A stretch of DNA of 51,424 nucleotides, from assembly GCA_023334545.1 (NCBI GenBank), contig JAADVB010000128.1, forward strand, positions 1 to 51,424. Reading direction: 5' to 3'. Under the pieces are notes generated by a model that saw only the letters and a list, made by a program, of their open reading frames with translations, was not told where the DNA came from and searched no databases. The position numbers and the translations under genes are program-made. The DNA is from Salisapilia sapeloensis CBS 127946 (lineage: Eukaryota; Protista; Oomycota). Shown here in pieces: positions 1 through 13,134 of this stretch (positions are counted from its first letter, which is position 1; each line of letters opens with the position of its first letter).

Positions 1-931
1 TAGCGATAACGTAATGATAGACATCGACGTATCTATCAGTCTCCAAATTGGTCCGAATGAAGAAGACGTGGTCAAGTTTGTGTACACTTTGGGAGCTAAT
101 CGTTTGGACGAGTGGCTGTACAGTATCACACAAGAGTCGATCCGAGGTCTTGTGAATTCTGTTCGTCATGACCAAGTGCATGATCTCCGTGAAGAGTTTG
201 CAATTGGAATGAAAAGCGACCTTAACGCCAAGATGAATGAATTCGGCGTGCTCATTCACAACGTCAAAGTGACCAGTGTCGCTCTTCCAAACGCCTTGTC
301 GGAGACGCTGGAGGCCACTACTGCATTTAAGACCAAGATGGAAGAGCAAGAAAAGAACCATGAAAGTCAACTGCGTGTACTCGTGAATGACGAAACACGA
401 AAATTAACCGCTCTCGAAAAGGAGAATGATCGTTGCATCCAAGACTTACTGGCTGAAAAGGCTCGTGCCATTATTAAAAGAGACGAAATGCGAACGATTG
501 CTGAGGCCAAAGCCGAGGTTGCTATTGCGAAGGAGGAATCAAAATGCCGCAATCGCATTAAGGATGCAGAAGGCATGAAAGACACTGCTGTCGCTGCCGC
601 GGAGACAGAGGCATTGAAGGCAAAAGCGATGCCATCCGTGGAACTGAGCAATCTCAAACGTGACTACAGTCAATACATCGATGCTGCAAATATCAAGCCA
701 GAGGCTGTTATTAATGCTGCTAAGCGTGAGGCAACTGTGATCCGGGTAAATGCAGAAGCAGAGAGTCGTGCAGCATCCAACTTGACTGAAAAACGTGAGT
801 TCGATTACCAAAAGAAGCGAATTGAAATCCAGTCCAAAGTCGCATCCATCATGCCCATGGTGGTAAGTGGCAAGAATGGAGACGACATAATTCGTAGCAC
901 TGTGATGGAGGGTTTCGACGTCCGCGACTAA
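1..931 (+). CDS. SPFH/Band-7 (stomatin/flotillin-like) domain protein with coiled-coil tail; 5'-truncated by the window edge
   Basis: The frame is open from the window start (S-D-N-V-M-I-D-I-D-V-S), matching the SPFH 'T.DNV.i.vd.sv' strand. It continues with 'QESIRGLV..V.hdqv.dLRE' and 'FGVLIHNVKVTSVALP', then an A/E/K-rich coiled coil. Stop at 931. Confidence 0.8.
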   Translation, partial: SDNVMIDIDVSISLQIGPNEEDVVKFVYTLGANRLDEWLYSITQESIRGLVNSVRHDQVHDLREEFAIGMKSDLNAKMNEFGVLIHNVKVTSVALPNALSETLEATTAFKTKMEEQEKNHESQLRVLVNDETRKLTALEKENDRCIQDLLAEKARAIIKRDEMRTIAEAKAEVAIAKEESKCRNRIKDAEGMKDTAVAAAETEALKAKAMPSVELSNLKRDYSQYIDAANIKPEAVINAAKREATVIRVNAEAESRAASNLTEKREFDYQKKRIEIQSKVASIMPMVVSGKNGDDIIRSTVMEGFDVRD

Positions 932-1781
932 ATGAAAATAAAACAAAAATAGATTAAGTGATATCATATTTAATCTTGAATGTTAGATGGCTATCCTCTT
1001 GCTATGAATACTGGCTGAGAAGTTCCCCGATTTATGATACCACATGAGTAGCGCCAGGTAGGAAATAGTGCTAGACGATCGCACAATCTCCAATCGGAGG
1101 TCGTACCACCCAAACAACCGTAAATAGGAACACAGGCGGGAATTTCTAGATTACCAAGGTAGCTTCAGCGAGGAGTCAGGCTTATTAAAGCGAAATATTT
1201 GACTCGTGGGTTTTCTCCACGAATACTCCGCATCGAATCGGCGAGAATTAAATATAAATAGCATAATGGTCAAAGTTGCATGCAAAAACGACTATGCGAT
1301 TCGAAGCTAACGCAATTCGTACTGTCAAATTAGTTTCAAGTAAGAATAAGAGTATGTGGAGCTAGATGCACCATCGTCCTAGGTTACCAGTGTACTTGGC
1401 GAATAAGAATATAAATCTAGCGACTTCAATTTGATACTCCGCTTATGATAGTTGCTTTGCATAGAAAATACGTCTGGATTAGACTGCTAATAATACATGC
1501 AAACGTCTCGTAGTCCTAGCTTGGTTTCACATAAATAAACTACATTGTCTAGAACAGCGTCGTGCAGCAAGTCAAGAATATGATGCAGATATTTGAGGTA
1601 AGCGTGCTATCTTTTGCATAACACGAATGCAAATTGATTTTTAAAGCTTTAATCTCGACTTCATACCATTGATGATGTAAGATTTCGAATGCCGAAGCAT
1701 GAGTTCATGGGTATCGTTACCTCGGATCATTTTGGATGAATATTCTAGCTGCTTTTATTTTAAATTTGCACCCTTCTTCGC

Positions 1782-2714
1782 ATGAATACGATGCCACTAT
1801 TTGCATATTCCATTGCATGCTTGTCGCTGATACCCTTTGTCTGTAATAGCATCGTAGTCAATGCGGAAATCCGTCACATAAGCTCGGTTTCTACTCCGCT
1901 CGGTATAAACTTGTCGACAACAGAAGAGAATCGTGTCTCGAACGGCGATCAGGTCGAGGACGGCGAGGCTACTGAAGTCGTCTACATCGAACAAAGGTTA
2001 AAAACTGGCGAATATGCAGGCTGCACAGGAACTCTCTTATCTCCAAGGTATGTTGTGACTGCGGGACATTGCGTCACGGATGAAGATTTGCCAGACGGCG
2101 AATACCCGCCGATGACTGTATATGCTGGCTCGAGGTTTCCAGACGGCAAAGATGGAAAAGTACAAAGAATACCTGTGCTAAGTGTGTCTTTACATAAAGA
2201 CTATGATCATCGAACAAGTGACTATGACGTCGCTGTCCTTAAAATATTAAATTACTTAAGACCCTCAGAAACCCAGCGCTTCATGCAACTTGGTAGTCGA
2301 GAAGAACCTTACTTGGATAATACTGGGAAGGCCACAATCTACGGATGGGGAATGACTGACCCAGAATCACTAGGTTCAGATGAGCTTCTTCGAGGCGATG
2401 GATTGAACGTAATCGACATCGAGATATGCAAAACATACTACAACACTTGGTGGAAGTGGTTGACCTGGCGGTTTCAGACATTTTGGGTAGGCGACACCAG
2501 CCTTTGTGTAGAACCCGGGAGCAAGCAACACTCCTGCCAGGGAGATAGCGGAGGACCACTGATCCGAGATAGGAAGTTAATAGGCATATCCAGTTGGGGA
2601 CCTTCCACCTGCGATGGAAATCAACTGAAACTTTACACCAAAGTCAGTGCTGTTTGGAATTTTATCAATAAAACGGCCGAGCTTGGTCTAGATGGTACTG
2701 ATAAAGGTGAATAA
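1782..2714 (+). CDS. Secreted chymotrypsin/trypsin-family (S1A) serine protease with intact catalytic triad
   Basis: Hydrophobic N-terminal signal-like segment. TAGHC (His57), DYDVAVL (Asp102), CQGDSGGP (Ser195), GISSWG. Six conserved Cys. Intronless ORF. Confidence 0.93.
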   Translation: MNTMPLFAYSIACLSLIPFVCNSIVVNAEIRHISSVSTPLGINLSTTEENRVSNGDQVEDGEATEVVYIEQRLKTGEYAGCTGTLLSPRYVVTAGHCVTDEDLPDGEYPPMTVYAGSRFPDGKDGKVQRIPVLSVSLHKDYDHRTSDYDVAVLKILNYLRPSETQRFMQLGSREEPYLDNTGKATIYGWGMTDPESLGSDELLRGDGLNVIDIEICKTYYNTWWKWLTWRFQTFWVGDTSLCVEPGSKQHSCQGDSGGPLIRDRKLIGISSWGPSTCDGNQLKLYTKVSAVWNFINKTAELGLDGTDKGE

Positions 2715-2774
2715 ACATCGTGCTTTAGTACTATTTTAATATTATGTTGACATTGGAAGGACAGAGTTTTATGT

Positions 2775-4476
2775 TTATTCTTGTCTATTGAAAGCCTCGA
2801 TCGGCCGTAGTTGATCTAGCGGCCAACGTGGAGAGTACCGAACATTGGATGCCACACCTCTTTCTCCACCTTTGTAGCGTTCATATGCAGCCCATGCGAT
2901 CATCACGGCGTTGTCTGTGCAGTACTTGGCAGGCGGAAATACGGTCTTGATTTTGTTTTTCTCCATGGATTCTGTCAATCGATGACGAAGGTACTGGTTC
3001 GAAGCTACTCCGCCGCAAACAACCTGCGCACAAACATAGTACTTAAGTCGCTTATGTCTGTCACATGTAGTACAAGGCAGCTTACTAAATGCTTCAACGA
3101 AGTGCTGACTTTAGCTCTTCCCCATTCACAGGCACGAATGGACCGTCGGACCAAGTGGTCTACAGCTCTCGTCTGGAACGAGGCACAGAGATGCCTCTTT
3201 ATTTCTTCGTCCATGTCATCTCCTAACTACAAATTCAAATGTCACACTCATATAACATACAAATAAGTCGATGACTAAGACGTACGCGCTTGACTTCACG
3301 CAGCATGGCAGTCTTCAGACCCGAGTAAGAGAAATCACAGTCCTACTCGTAAAAGTTACTACAATTAAGTCACCATACAACTCGTAAAGTACCAACTTTT
3401 CGTCGGATCATAGGCTCTGGGAAATCATACACAGTAGCATCTCCTAGCGCTGCCATTTCCTCGATGATTCGACCGCCGTGCTTGTTACCAGTGTCGAGAG
3501 AAAGCAGTCGAGCCACCTTGTCGTATGCTTCACCTATAGAATCATCCTGCGTGTTGCCAAGCAGCTCATACTCGCCAATTCCCTGGTAACGTAAGTAAAG
3601 ATACAGATAGCAGAACATACTACGAAGCATACCTTGGCAAGGACGAGGCAGCAATGGCCTCCTGATACTAGCAGTACAAGAAAAGGGAATTCTGGACGCT
3701 CTGTAGGAAGCTAAGTGGGCAATGAGCGTGACTTTTGGCGATCCACAAGTAAAATATCATGTCAACGTACATCGGGCATCCGAGCTACAAGTACATGAGC
3801 CTACAGATATGAATGTTAACTGAGCGAGTACAACACTGCATACAGCTATAACTGCGTACCTCTAGGTGGTTAACAGGCATGAAATCCAGTTGGTGCTTGA
3901 GAGCAATCTCTTGGGCTGTTCGAACTCCAACACCGAGACATGGGGCCAAACCAGGGCCGGTGGTCACCGCGACGGCCGTGAGGTCCGCCTCCGATTTTAA
4001 ACCACTACCATTCAGTTCATTAATTCATCTTTTTAGGAGCGATGGTGTTACATCAATACCTTTCCTCCAGAGCAGCTTGAACGACATGAGGTATGTTGTC
4101 GGCGTGTGCACGGGCTGCCATCAGTGGCATGACACCTGCATCATGACCAAAGTTGTTCTATTTAGAGTATTGACAGGACAAACTGCCGATAATTTGAAAC
4201 CTTTGTACTGGGCATTAAGTTCCCATTGTGAAGATACGACGTTGCTTAATACACGGCCTGTATCAAGGTCAAGCACTGCAGCTGCTGTGTCATCACAGCT
4301 ATTTTCATCGTAAGTATCCATATTTCATCTTATGATCTATTATTAATAGACTCTGATGCAACTAGGAGGTACCTGGTCTCGATACCGAGCAGATAGGATA
4401 CAGAACGTCGGCCAGGACTGACTAGACAGCGTGTAGAACGACCTGCGAGGTGTCGAACCAGTGCCATTAGCACCAT
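2775..4476 (-). CDS. OSGEPL1: Organellar tRNA N6-threonylcarbamoyltransferase (TsaD/Qri7/OSGEPL1, Kae1 family), multi-exon
   Basis: Exon fragments give LLGIET(S)CDDTAAAV, VAVTTGPGLAPCLGVG, NHLE|AH, FPFLVLLVSGGH, DDSIGEAYDKVARLL and CTDNAVMIAWA...RYSPRWPL. Several GT-AG introns separate them. An Arg-rich presequence-like N-terminus starts at ATG 4476 (or 4467). Confidence 0.9.
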
Positions 4477-4689
4477 TCGCAATTTGTGTCCAATAAATGT
4501 GTTTAGACATATATAACATAAATAAGATATTATGAATAAAATAATGGTTAATAAATACTCATTGTACATATGATACCTGATTAAGGTATAATAATTTTAG
4601 CATATAATTGGGAAAATCGTGTTGAATCAGTCCAGAGACACCTATTTGGGCAACAAAAGCCAGAATTCTCCATCCGGAAGATCGAGACG

Positions 4690-6110
4690 ATGGGTAGCGA
4701 TGATGTGGCGGCCATGGCGAGCAAGATCGAGCAGATTGTCCGCAAACAAGGATGGGAGTCAGACAGCGCTGCCGCATCTTCCCTTCAGCGCATCCTAGGC
4801 AAGCTCACAGCGGCGAAAGTGGACCAGGACCTGCTTCGGACGACGCGTGTGGGGAAGCTGGTGCACAAAGCAGGTAAGCATCAAGACGAAGTTGTGCAAG
4901 GCTACAGCTCCAGCCTAGAAAGGAAATGGCAACGTGACGTAGGGTGCACTCCAAAGATAGCTCCATCCAAATCGCCACCGTCGTCCAGCCCAACGCGTGG
5001 CATGAACCTCAGCCAAGGAGGAGCAAAGTTAGAGGAAGCTAGACAGAAACTGAAGCTCAAATATGATGAAGAGCGTGACAAAAAAGCTTCTCGAAAGGTC
5101 CAGGTACTGGCGAATCCGAGAATTAAAGGCCGTAAACCGGCAAAAGTGTCTGTTAAGGCTGGGCCGAGAACGCTAAAATCGAGAAGTAGTGCGCCTGCAA
5201 GAGTGTCTGTGAACGTCCCACGGATGCTGTCTTCCACGCCAACTAGTACTCAGAAGATGGATCCTCGGGACAGGTACTTTTAGCATAACGAGATACGTGC
5301 TCCTTTGCCTCTAATGGAACCAATAGGATGCTAGCAGAGAGGCATGCTCGACGTCAGCAAGTGCTCCAACGCGCTCGACAAGAAGCTTCAGGAGGGAAGG
5401 AACCATCGAAGAGTCGAGCCCCGGAGCGTTCCAAGTCTGTTCCACCATCGAGTCAGCGTCCTGACAGTCGTAAAGCGATGCTGGATAAGCTGTACCCTCG
5501 CATATGTGGAGCGACGACGGAGTCTGCACCGGCGACTGCATCCAAGAGCAGCTCTAAAAAGTCCAAGAAGAGCGCCACCTACACGAGTGGACAGCGGGAG
5601 GTTCTGGAGTGGCTGCGGAGTCTCCCCGTGGACATGAGCGAGTACGCTCCTGCGTTCTTCGAGAACGGTTTCGACTCGATGCAGCTCTTGACGACGATCG
5701 AGACGACGGATCTACCGTCGTTGGTGCCGAAGAAAGGCCATCATCGATTGATCCAACAGGGTTTGAGCGATCTTAAGAAGAAGAGGAAGACAAGTGCCAA
5801 GAAAAACGTGAAGCGTAGTGCGTCGGAGCCTCGAAAGCGCAAAAGGAGCACCTATGACGACTACGAGGACTACGAAAGCGATGACAGCTTTGTGGTGGAC
5901 GACATGGATGGAGGGTACCGACCTGGCGCCATCACTAAGATGTTCCAGAAGGGTAGGAGGAAGCCAATGTACGACTCGGATGGCTCGAGCGACATGGAAA
6001 CCTCGTACGCAGATATCCAGAGGGAGGAGATGAGGAGCTCCAAGGTCGGTGAGTTCGAAGACTACCAGGAAGAGCTAAGGAATAAGAAGTTGGCCAAGAG
6101 GAAGAAGTGA
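4690..6110 (+). CDS. TFIIS N-terminal domain + SAM domain + SPT2-like C-terminal domain protein (two ORFs joined by intron 5274-5326)
   Basis: A 53-nt intron (ag|gtactt...ctaat...aatag|g) joins the ORFs in frame (D-R-M). TFIIS-N: LGKLTAAKVDQDLLRTTRVGKLV...SLERKW. SAM: VLEWLRSLPVDMSEYAPAFFENGFDSMQLL...GHHRLI. SPT2-like: DMETSYADIQREEMRSSKVGEFEDYQEE. Confidence 0.78.
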
Positions 6111-6299
6111 CGCGTCTTAGGGCGTATTTAAGATCACTTGCTCTCATCTCGAGGTAGAAGGTAGATAAGACGAGGAACAAGATTGGTATAACATATTAGA
6201 TGCGGATTGGTAGAAATTGAAATGTCGAGTCTAGGATTGGAGTAAAATCGAGTACGTGAACACATCGAACGATCCTCCACCTCTCGTACGTAGCGCATC

Positions 6300-7723
<1,424 letters not shown>

Positions 7724-7741
7724 ATACTGGAAAAGAATGGC

Positions 7742-8602
7742 TTACGCTTTGGTCTTTCGACGCTTGCCTCCGTGTTTCGCACATAGTCCAGTCGCCCCTC
7801 GAGCCCCCGTGTTACAGCCAGGGTACTTGCATCGATAACCTCCACCGTGGAGGAGACAGTAGCTACTTGAGCCCTGTGCTCCCTTGTCACAACCTTTTGT
7901 GATGCACCTCCGACCGCCTCCATGACGTTGGCACAGTCCCAACTTTCCTCTTGCACCTTTCGTACATCCTGGATGCGTACATCTTCTCGAGTTGTGCCGA
8001 CCTGTTAGTTTGTCCTCGACGGCAGAGCTAGTCGACGGACTGGAGACTTCGGACGAGATGTCGAATGATAGCGTAGGTTCGTAGGATTCGCTCTTGACGT
8101 CCACAGAAGGAGAGATGGGCTTTGGATCGTCCGGTCGGAGGTAGTTGACTAGTGGACTCGGGAATGATGGGAATGGAATGTTGTCTGTGGCCTCGATCGA
8201 CCGCTTTCGGTCGTTCTGACGAGGCAAGGAGCCCATGAATAGCTGGTTGTCGGGAGGGGCGTCCGGGACACCTTCTCGTGGGTCGAGACGAAAGTTCTGC
8301 GGCAGGAGCTTCTCTTCGTCCATGAGAATACGGTGTGGATTGTGGCTCGGATAGTAGACCTGGACGTTGTCTGACGATCTTGGGATGCAGAACGGATCGT
8401 GCTGCAGAACCGTGCACGCGTTATCTGATCGGAGGTTCTGATTGACAAAGAGGTCTGCGATCGAAGCGTCTTTGTAGACGGGTGGAAGAGAGGCCATGGC
8501 CTCTCTCGCTCGAGCAGCCTTGGACACTCGTGGGAAAGAGGCCATAGTCTCCATCGCCTGCGCAGCTTCCTTTTCCCGCTCGTTGCACCTCGTCATCGCC
8601 AT
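7742..8602 (-). CDS. WRKY19-like Cys/His zinc-finger repeat protein (C-x4-C...C-x2-HGGG repeats)
   Basis: Three C-terminal repeats: RRCTHPGCTKGARGKLGLCQRHGGG, RRCITKGCDKGAQGSSSYCLLHGGG and YRCKYPGCNTGARGATGLCAKHGG. The start codon is uncertain. Confidence 0.8.
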   Translation of the reverse strand: MAMTRCNEREKEAAQAMETMASFPRVSKAARAREAMASLPPVYKDASIADLFVNQNLRSDNACTVLQHDPFCIPRSSDNVQVYYPSHNPHRILMDEEKLLPQNFRLDPREGVPDAPPDNQLFMGSLPRQNDRKRSIEATDNIPFPSFPSPLVNYLRPDDPKPISPSVDVKSESYEPTLSFDISSEVSSPSTSSAVEDKLTGRHNSRRCTHPGCTKGARGKLGLCQRHGGGRRCITKGCDKGAQGSSSYCLLHGGGYRCKYPGCNTGARGATGLCAKHGGKRRKTKA

Positions 8603-9454
8603 CGGGTCGAGTCAACAGGATATGGACGTGGATTTCCCGTGAATGTGATCGGATAGTTTGCGCAATCTCAGATTGCTGGCTCTGGTCGATCGCTATACTT
8701 GGCGCAAGATGAGCCGATGATCTTAAAAGGGAGTATGCGGATGTGGAAACGGAAGTCGCGGTCGACATAGAGTTGTCTTGGATTCGAGGTGACAAGATCC
8801 AAGGTGCCTCCCTTTGTCAATTCATCCTCGCTGACGATCCGAAATTCGGATGAAGATTTGTGACGAGGCACTGTGAATGTGAATGTGAATTTGATGTGAC
8901 GGCTGCTGGGAACTATCTTTCTTTATGGTAATTTGTGGGCTACTAGAGACTGGAAAATAAATGGACGGTAGACAAAAAAGAACTAGTAAGCTTCATGGAT
9001 TGACGACGCAGGCATACTCGAAAGTCATTTGGAGACATGTGATGGAAACTAGCGCTGGCCGATTGTCGTGTCGCGACGGGTGACCAAACTTTTTTCTTCC
9101 TACTAGAAGCTACGTCTGACAACGGCCTCTTCATCCCGGGATGGAAGGAATAGCTTGATGAACTCAAACTACGGAAGATGTATATCAGCATTACTGGATG
9201 CTTTCTTCGATCAAAGCATTAGTGCATTGCTCTAAGAGTCGATGGTTTCCATTCTTCCAATATTCATCGAACTTTTCTAGCCATGCTACCTAGTCTAAAG
9301 CACGGAGAAGTACGCGCCAGTTCCAACCGTCTCTTTCAGTACCCTATGAAGGGTTCGTCAAAGTGCTTCGGAGACCAAGTTTCAGTTCCTACTTCTGACG
9401 ATCTCGAACAAGGCACTCGTGTGATTTTGGTCTCAGTCATCGTGCAAAGTCAGC

Positions 9455-12400
9455 ATGACGTTGGCGGAGTGTAGTGAAAGAAAGGAAGTTTTGACCAGTG
9501 GTTGGAGCAGCAATGAAGAACTGTACGCTAATATCCGTCTCGCCTCGTCTCCGTCTTCAAGTACATGTCAGACTCCGACAAAGACGCCTGGTAGAGATCC
9601 AGTTCAAAAGGAGACGAGGAAGTATAAGATGAGCACTTCGCCATCAAGACGTCGATCTCCGTGTCAAAAGAGACGTCCGAAATCGAAGAAGAGTACCCAT
9701 CGGCCCGTCACTGAGGACCAATTCGACAACTTTGTACTGAAACGAGTTGCGACAGCTCCTGGTACCAAGGAAAATGGGATTCAGGTGCCAGTGTCAGTAA
9801 CACAAAGTCAGTCCGCGAGTATCCGAGGACGTCAAAGTGTAAAGGTTGTGCGAACTAAGCCTACTATAAGCTGTTTAAAGCTAGAGCAGTCTACGCTTCT
9901 AACGTCGGACAAGCTTAAGAGTAAGAAGAAGAGAAAGCCGATACCAACTTTCGATTTATCTGTTGACAATGACGATGCTCGCCCAACGATTGTATTGTTT
10001 GATGCGAGCACTTTGGATAATACAAAAGAAGAGGCTGCTACGAACGTGGAGACAAAGGGTGACGAAATTATGCTTTTTGATGAAAGCGTTTTGGATAGCA
10101 ACTTGGCAAGTGTAACGAATCGTGATGTCAGAACAACGCACAATGATTTGGATGAGCTTATTAAAACCTTCAGACTAAATGATAGAGGTAGCTCAAAGGG
10201 GACTCAACCGGCAGTTGTACTGTGGGATGAAGCTGCGCTTGACCCAAACGATACGCAATTAGCTTCAACCTACTCTGCATCCTCTGGAGGCTCCTCGCAG
10301 TGCCAAGAACGACAAGAGGCTATGGATGACTTTCGTCATTCGAAGAGAAAGGAGACTTTATCAAGACATCGAAACGAGAGGCTAACAACCACCGAGTTGA
10401 GATCCACCGTCGATTCCGTGACAGACGAAAGTCTTTTGACGTCAGGAAAAATGACACATCGCAGCGAGGAAGTAGATGCGTCTATGAGAGCACCTGAAGT
10501 GGCAGGCATAGCTGACGACAACATCGCCAAAGTCTCGAGTAGACGTGTGAAGCACTCGATGGAAAATGCAAAAAGCGCATCAGTATCAAAGAAGAAAGAG
10601 TCCGCAATTGTCCTTCACCATCGTCATTTTGTCCAACCTTCCCAATGGGTACCACACAAGTAAGTTACCATCTCTAAGACTTTTCTTATGTATCAGTATT
10701 AATCATGTATTGAGTAGACAGCGAAAGTCATGCTATGTCTGCTTGCGAGACTTTAGCGTTCTAAGGAAGAAGCATACTTGTCGTATGTGCGGCCAAGTCA
10801 TTTGCGGTCGTTGCTCCGTCTTCGAGCTCGTGGACATTCCCTTTGTCAGCAGATGCCGTATTTGTACTTCTTGCTTTGTCTCCTATCGAAAGCAGGCTAG
10901 AAAGGAGACAAGTGAATGTCAGCAATTGGATGCAGCACATAAAGGATCTGCATCTCCAGAGCTAATTTCGATTGATACAAAAGATAGCTCTGATGACAAT
11001 GATGACGATAGCCTGCTCGAGGCGATTATGCCGCGTGAAAGCATTCCGATACTGTCACCTCCAGAATTTAGCAACTCGGACTTGTATCTACCACCCCTTC
11101 CGTCCGATTGCTTGCTTTACAATGACTCGTTTTCAACGATTGAGTCTGTCCTCCCTCACTTGACCAGTCGATCCATCGAGGGCGAGTTCGAAGCTGCTGT
11201 GAAAGCACGTGATTTGGAAAAAGAAGTAGAGGACAGTCGTCAGCGTATTGCATTATTGGAAGAGAGGGTTCAGCTGCAGGAGGCATCAAAAGAAAGGCTT
11301 TCGGACGGTCAACAGCAGGAGCTGATGGAAGCTAGAAAGCTGATTTCTGACTTGGAAAGCAAACTTCTGGAGCAAGAGGAGTCCATGTATGTCGCTCGGG
11401 CTAGCTGTTCCTCCATTCGTTACCCCAGCGAAGACGGGGAAGAAAACTCGACGTTAAAGAAGAAACTCAAGATGCTAGAGCGGCAGCTAAAGGATGCAGG
11501 CATAAGCGCCGCAGAAATGATTCCGTACGAAGTTGCGAAACGCAAAGTACAGGAAATATCCCAACGAATGCAGGAAATAACACGTGAAGGGGCGACACAG
11601 AACTGTCGAGAGTACTTTGTACTGGAGCAGCAAATGGAAAAGTATAATACAGCGCTATTACTGTCAGATGAATATATCGAGGAGCAGGCACGGAAAGATC
11701 GGGAGTGGGAAGAAAGTGTTTATATGGATTGTGTCTTGGCTCTACAACAAGTACGAGCGTGCATTCCAGTGGATTTATCAAGGCTGAGCGAAAGAGAGCT
11801 GCTCCAGTTAGAGTCACCTTCTGGAGGTCAAATGTCAGCTGAGCTAGCTAAAAGACTGAAGCGAACGAGCGTTCTATCTTTGCTTCGGGAGGACCCATCC
11901 AATATTGCTAAGATGCATCCTAGCGTGATCGAATCCTATCGAGCAACTGGTCTGTGCTTGCTTGAAAGGCGAGCACTACATGCTGCATTGAAAGAAGTGG
12001 CTGCCGGATGGAAGCAGCGACAGGGCGATGAACTGAGTTTGCGTAAAGCGGACTGGTTTAAGAAGCTCAAGGAGACATTGGCAACGAGTCTATACCAATA
12101 TGAGCGTCACTGCTCCGAGTCGAGTGCTCCGAGTGAAAGTCATTTATGCCAGTCGATAGGTCTTGCCTGTCCTGTGCGTATGGAGAAGAAAGTGGAGGTT
12201 CTCTACGGTAATCTGGGATTTCCGGAAGGTGGAGTCTACATCGCCCATGATGTCGTCAAAGGTGATCCGGACAAGGCTGGAGAGAAGGCACTTTTAGAAG
12301 CACAGAGTCATGCTAAAGAGAAGGTTGGCATTCACAGAAAGGTGAAATTGAAAAAACACTATAAGGGACAGGTTCGAGAAATCAGTCTCGCAATGGCTGC

Positions 12401-13004
12401 AATGGATGAGATGGATGCAGCATTAGACAAACTGAAGGTATTGGATGCTGAGTTGGAAGCTGGAAGCGATTGTACTGCGCTGGTTCAGCATGCCAGAGAT
12501 ACAGTCATGCTACTTGCCAAGCGAACAGGCATCTGTCTGATCGGCAAAAGGGACGCAACGAAAGACGGAGAGGACGTAAGGTCCAAGGTGGAGATGGAAG
12601 AGTCTAGCACTGTCGTGGCTTACGTCAAGTCGATTTTGGGCGATGTACAAGACGGTGATGTCGCATCGAAAGGAATTGTGACACAAGTTACAGCTCTCGT
12701 GCAAGAGGTCGAAGGAAAGAATGAAAAGGCAGGGGTTACCAGTCAAGACAGTGGACGGACTCCACTTTGCAAACGCGTCCAACGAGAGGTTCGTGCAGTC
12801 GAGCCAATGGTGAAGCAAGTGGAAGTTAAAGCTCAAGCCCCAACGTCCAAGTCCCCAACAGATCTCTTCGCAGCTATCCGAAAGCGCCAAAGCAATGCTC
12901 TCACGCAAAAGGTCGAGGAGAAGAATGAGACGACTCAATCGTCAAAGACCAAGGCACCGATGGACCTGCTTGCCGCCATTCGTAAACGCCAAGAGACTTC
13001 GTAG
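9455..13004 (+). CDS. Large FYVE zinc-finger protein with coiled coil and C-terminal WH2-like repeats (intron 10660-10717)
   Basis: A 58-nt intron (aa|gtaagt...gagtag|a) restores the FYVE domain: QWVPHK-QRKSCYVC...RKKHTCRMCGQVICGRC...CRICTSC. The N-terminus is long and low-complexity. A coiled coil follows at about aa 215-310 of the second ORF. Confidence 0.82.
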
Positions 13005-13134
13005 ATGAGCAGAAACGACTTGTATGTATCAAATGAGTTCAAAGGATAAACGCCAATACATTTGAGAAATAGTTCTGCCTATGGAACATCTAACAACGAG
13101 AGAAAAGAACCACCTCGGTCAATACGCTTCCGTC

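Noticed and set aside
932-1781. AT-rich 850-bp gap as a hidden gene or mobile element
   Set aside because: I found no coherent exon chain, terminal repeats or RNA-gene signature, so it is treated as promoter/intergenic sequence.
1782-2714. Glucanase inhibitor protein (inactive trypsin homologue)
   Set aside because: His, Asp and Ser of the triad are all present.
8668-8871. ORF 'MPRHKSS...' as a separate gene
   Set aside because: It begins at GTG, not ATG, and has no domain signal. It probably lies in the 5' UTR of the zinc-finger gene.
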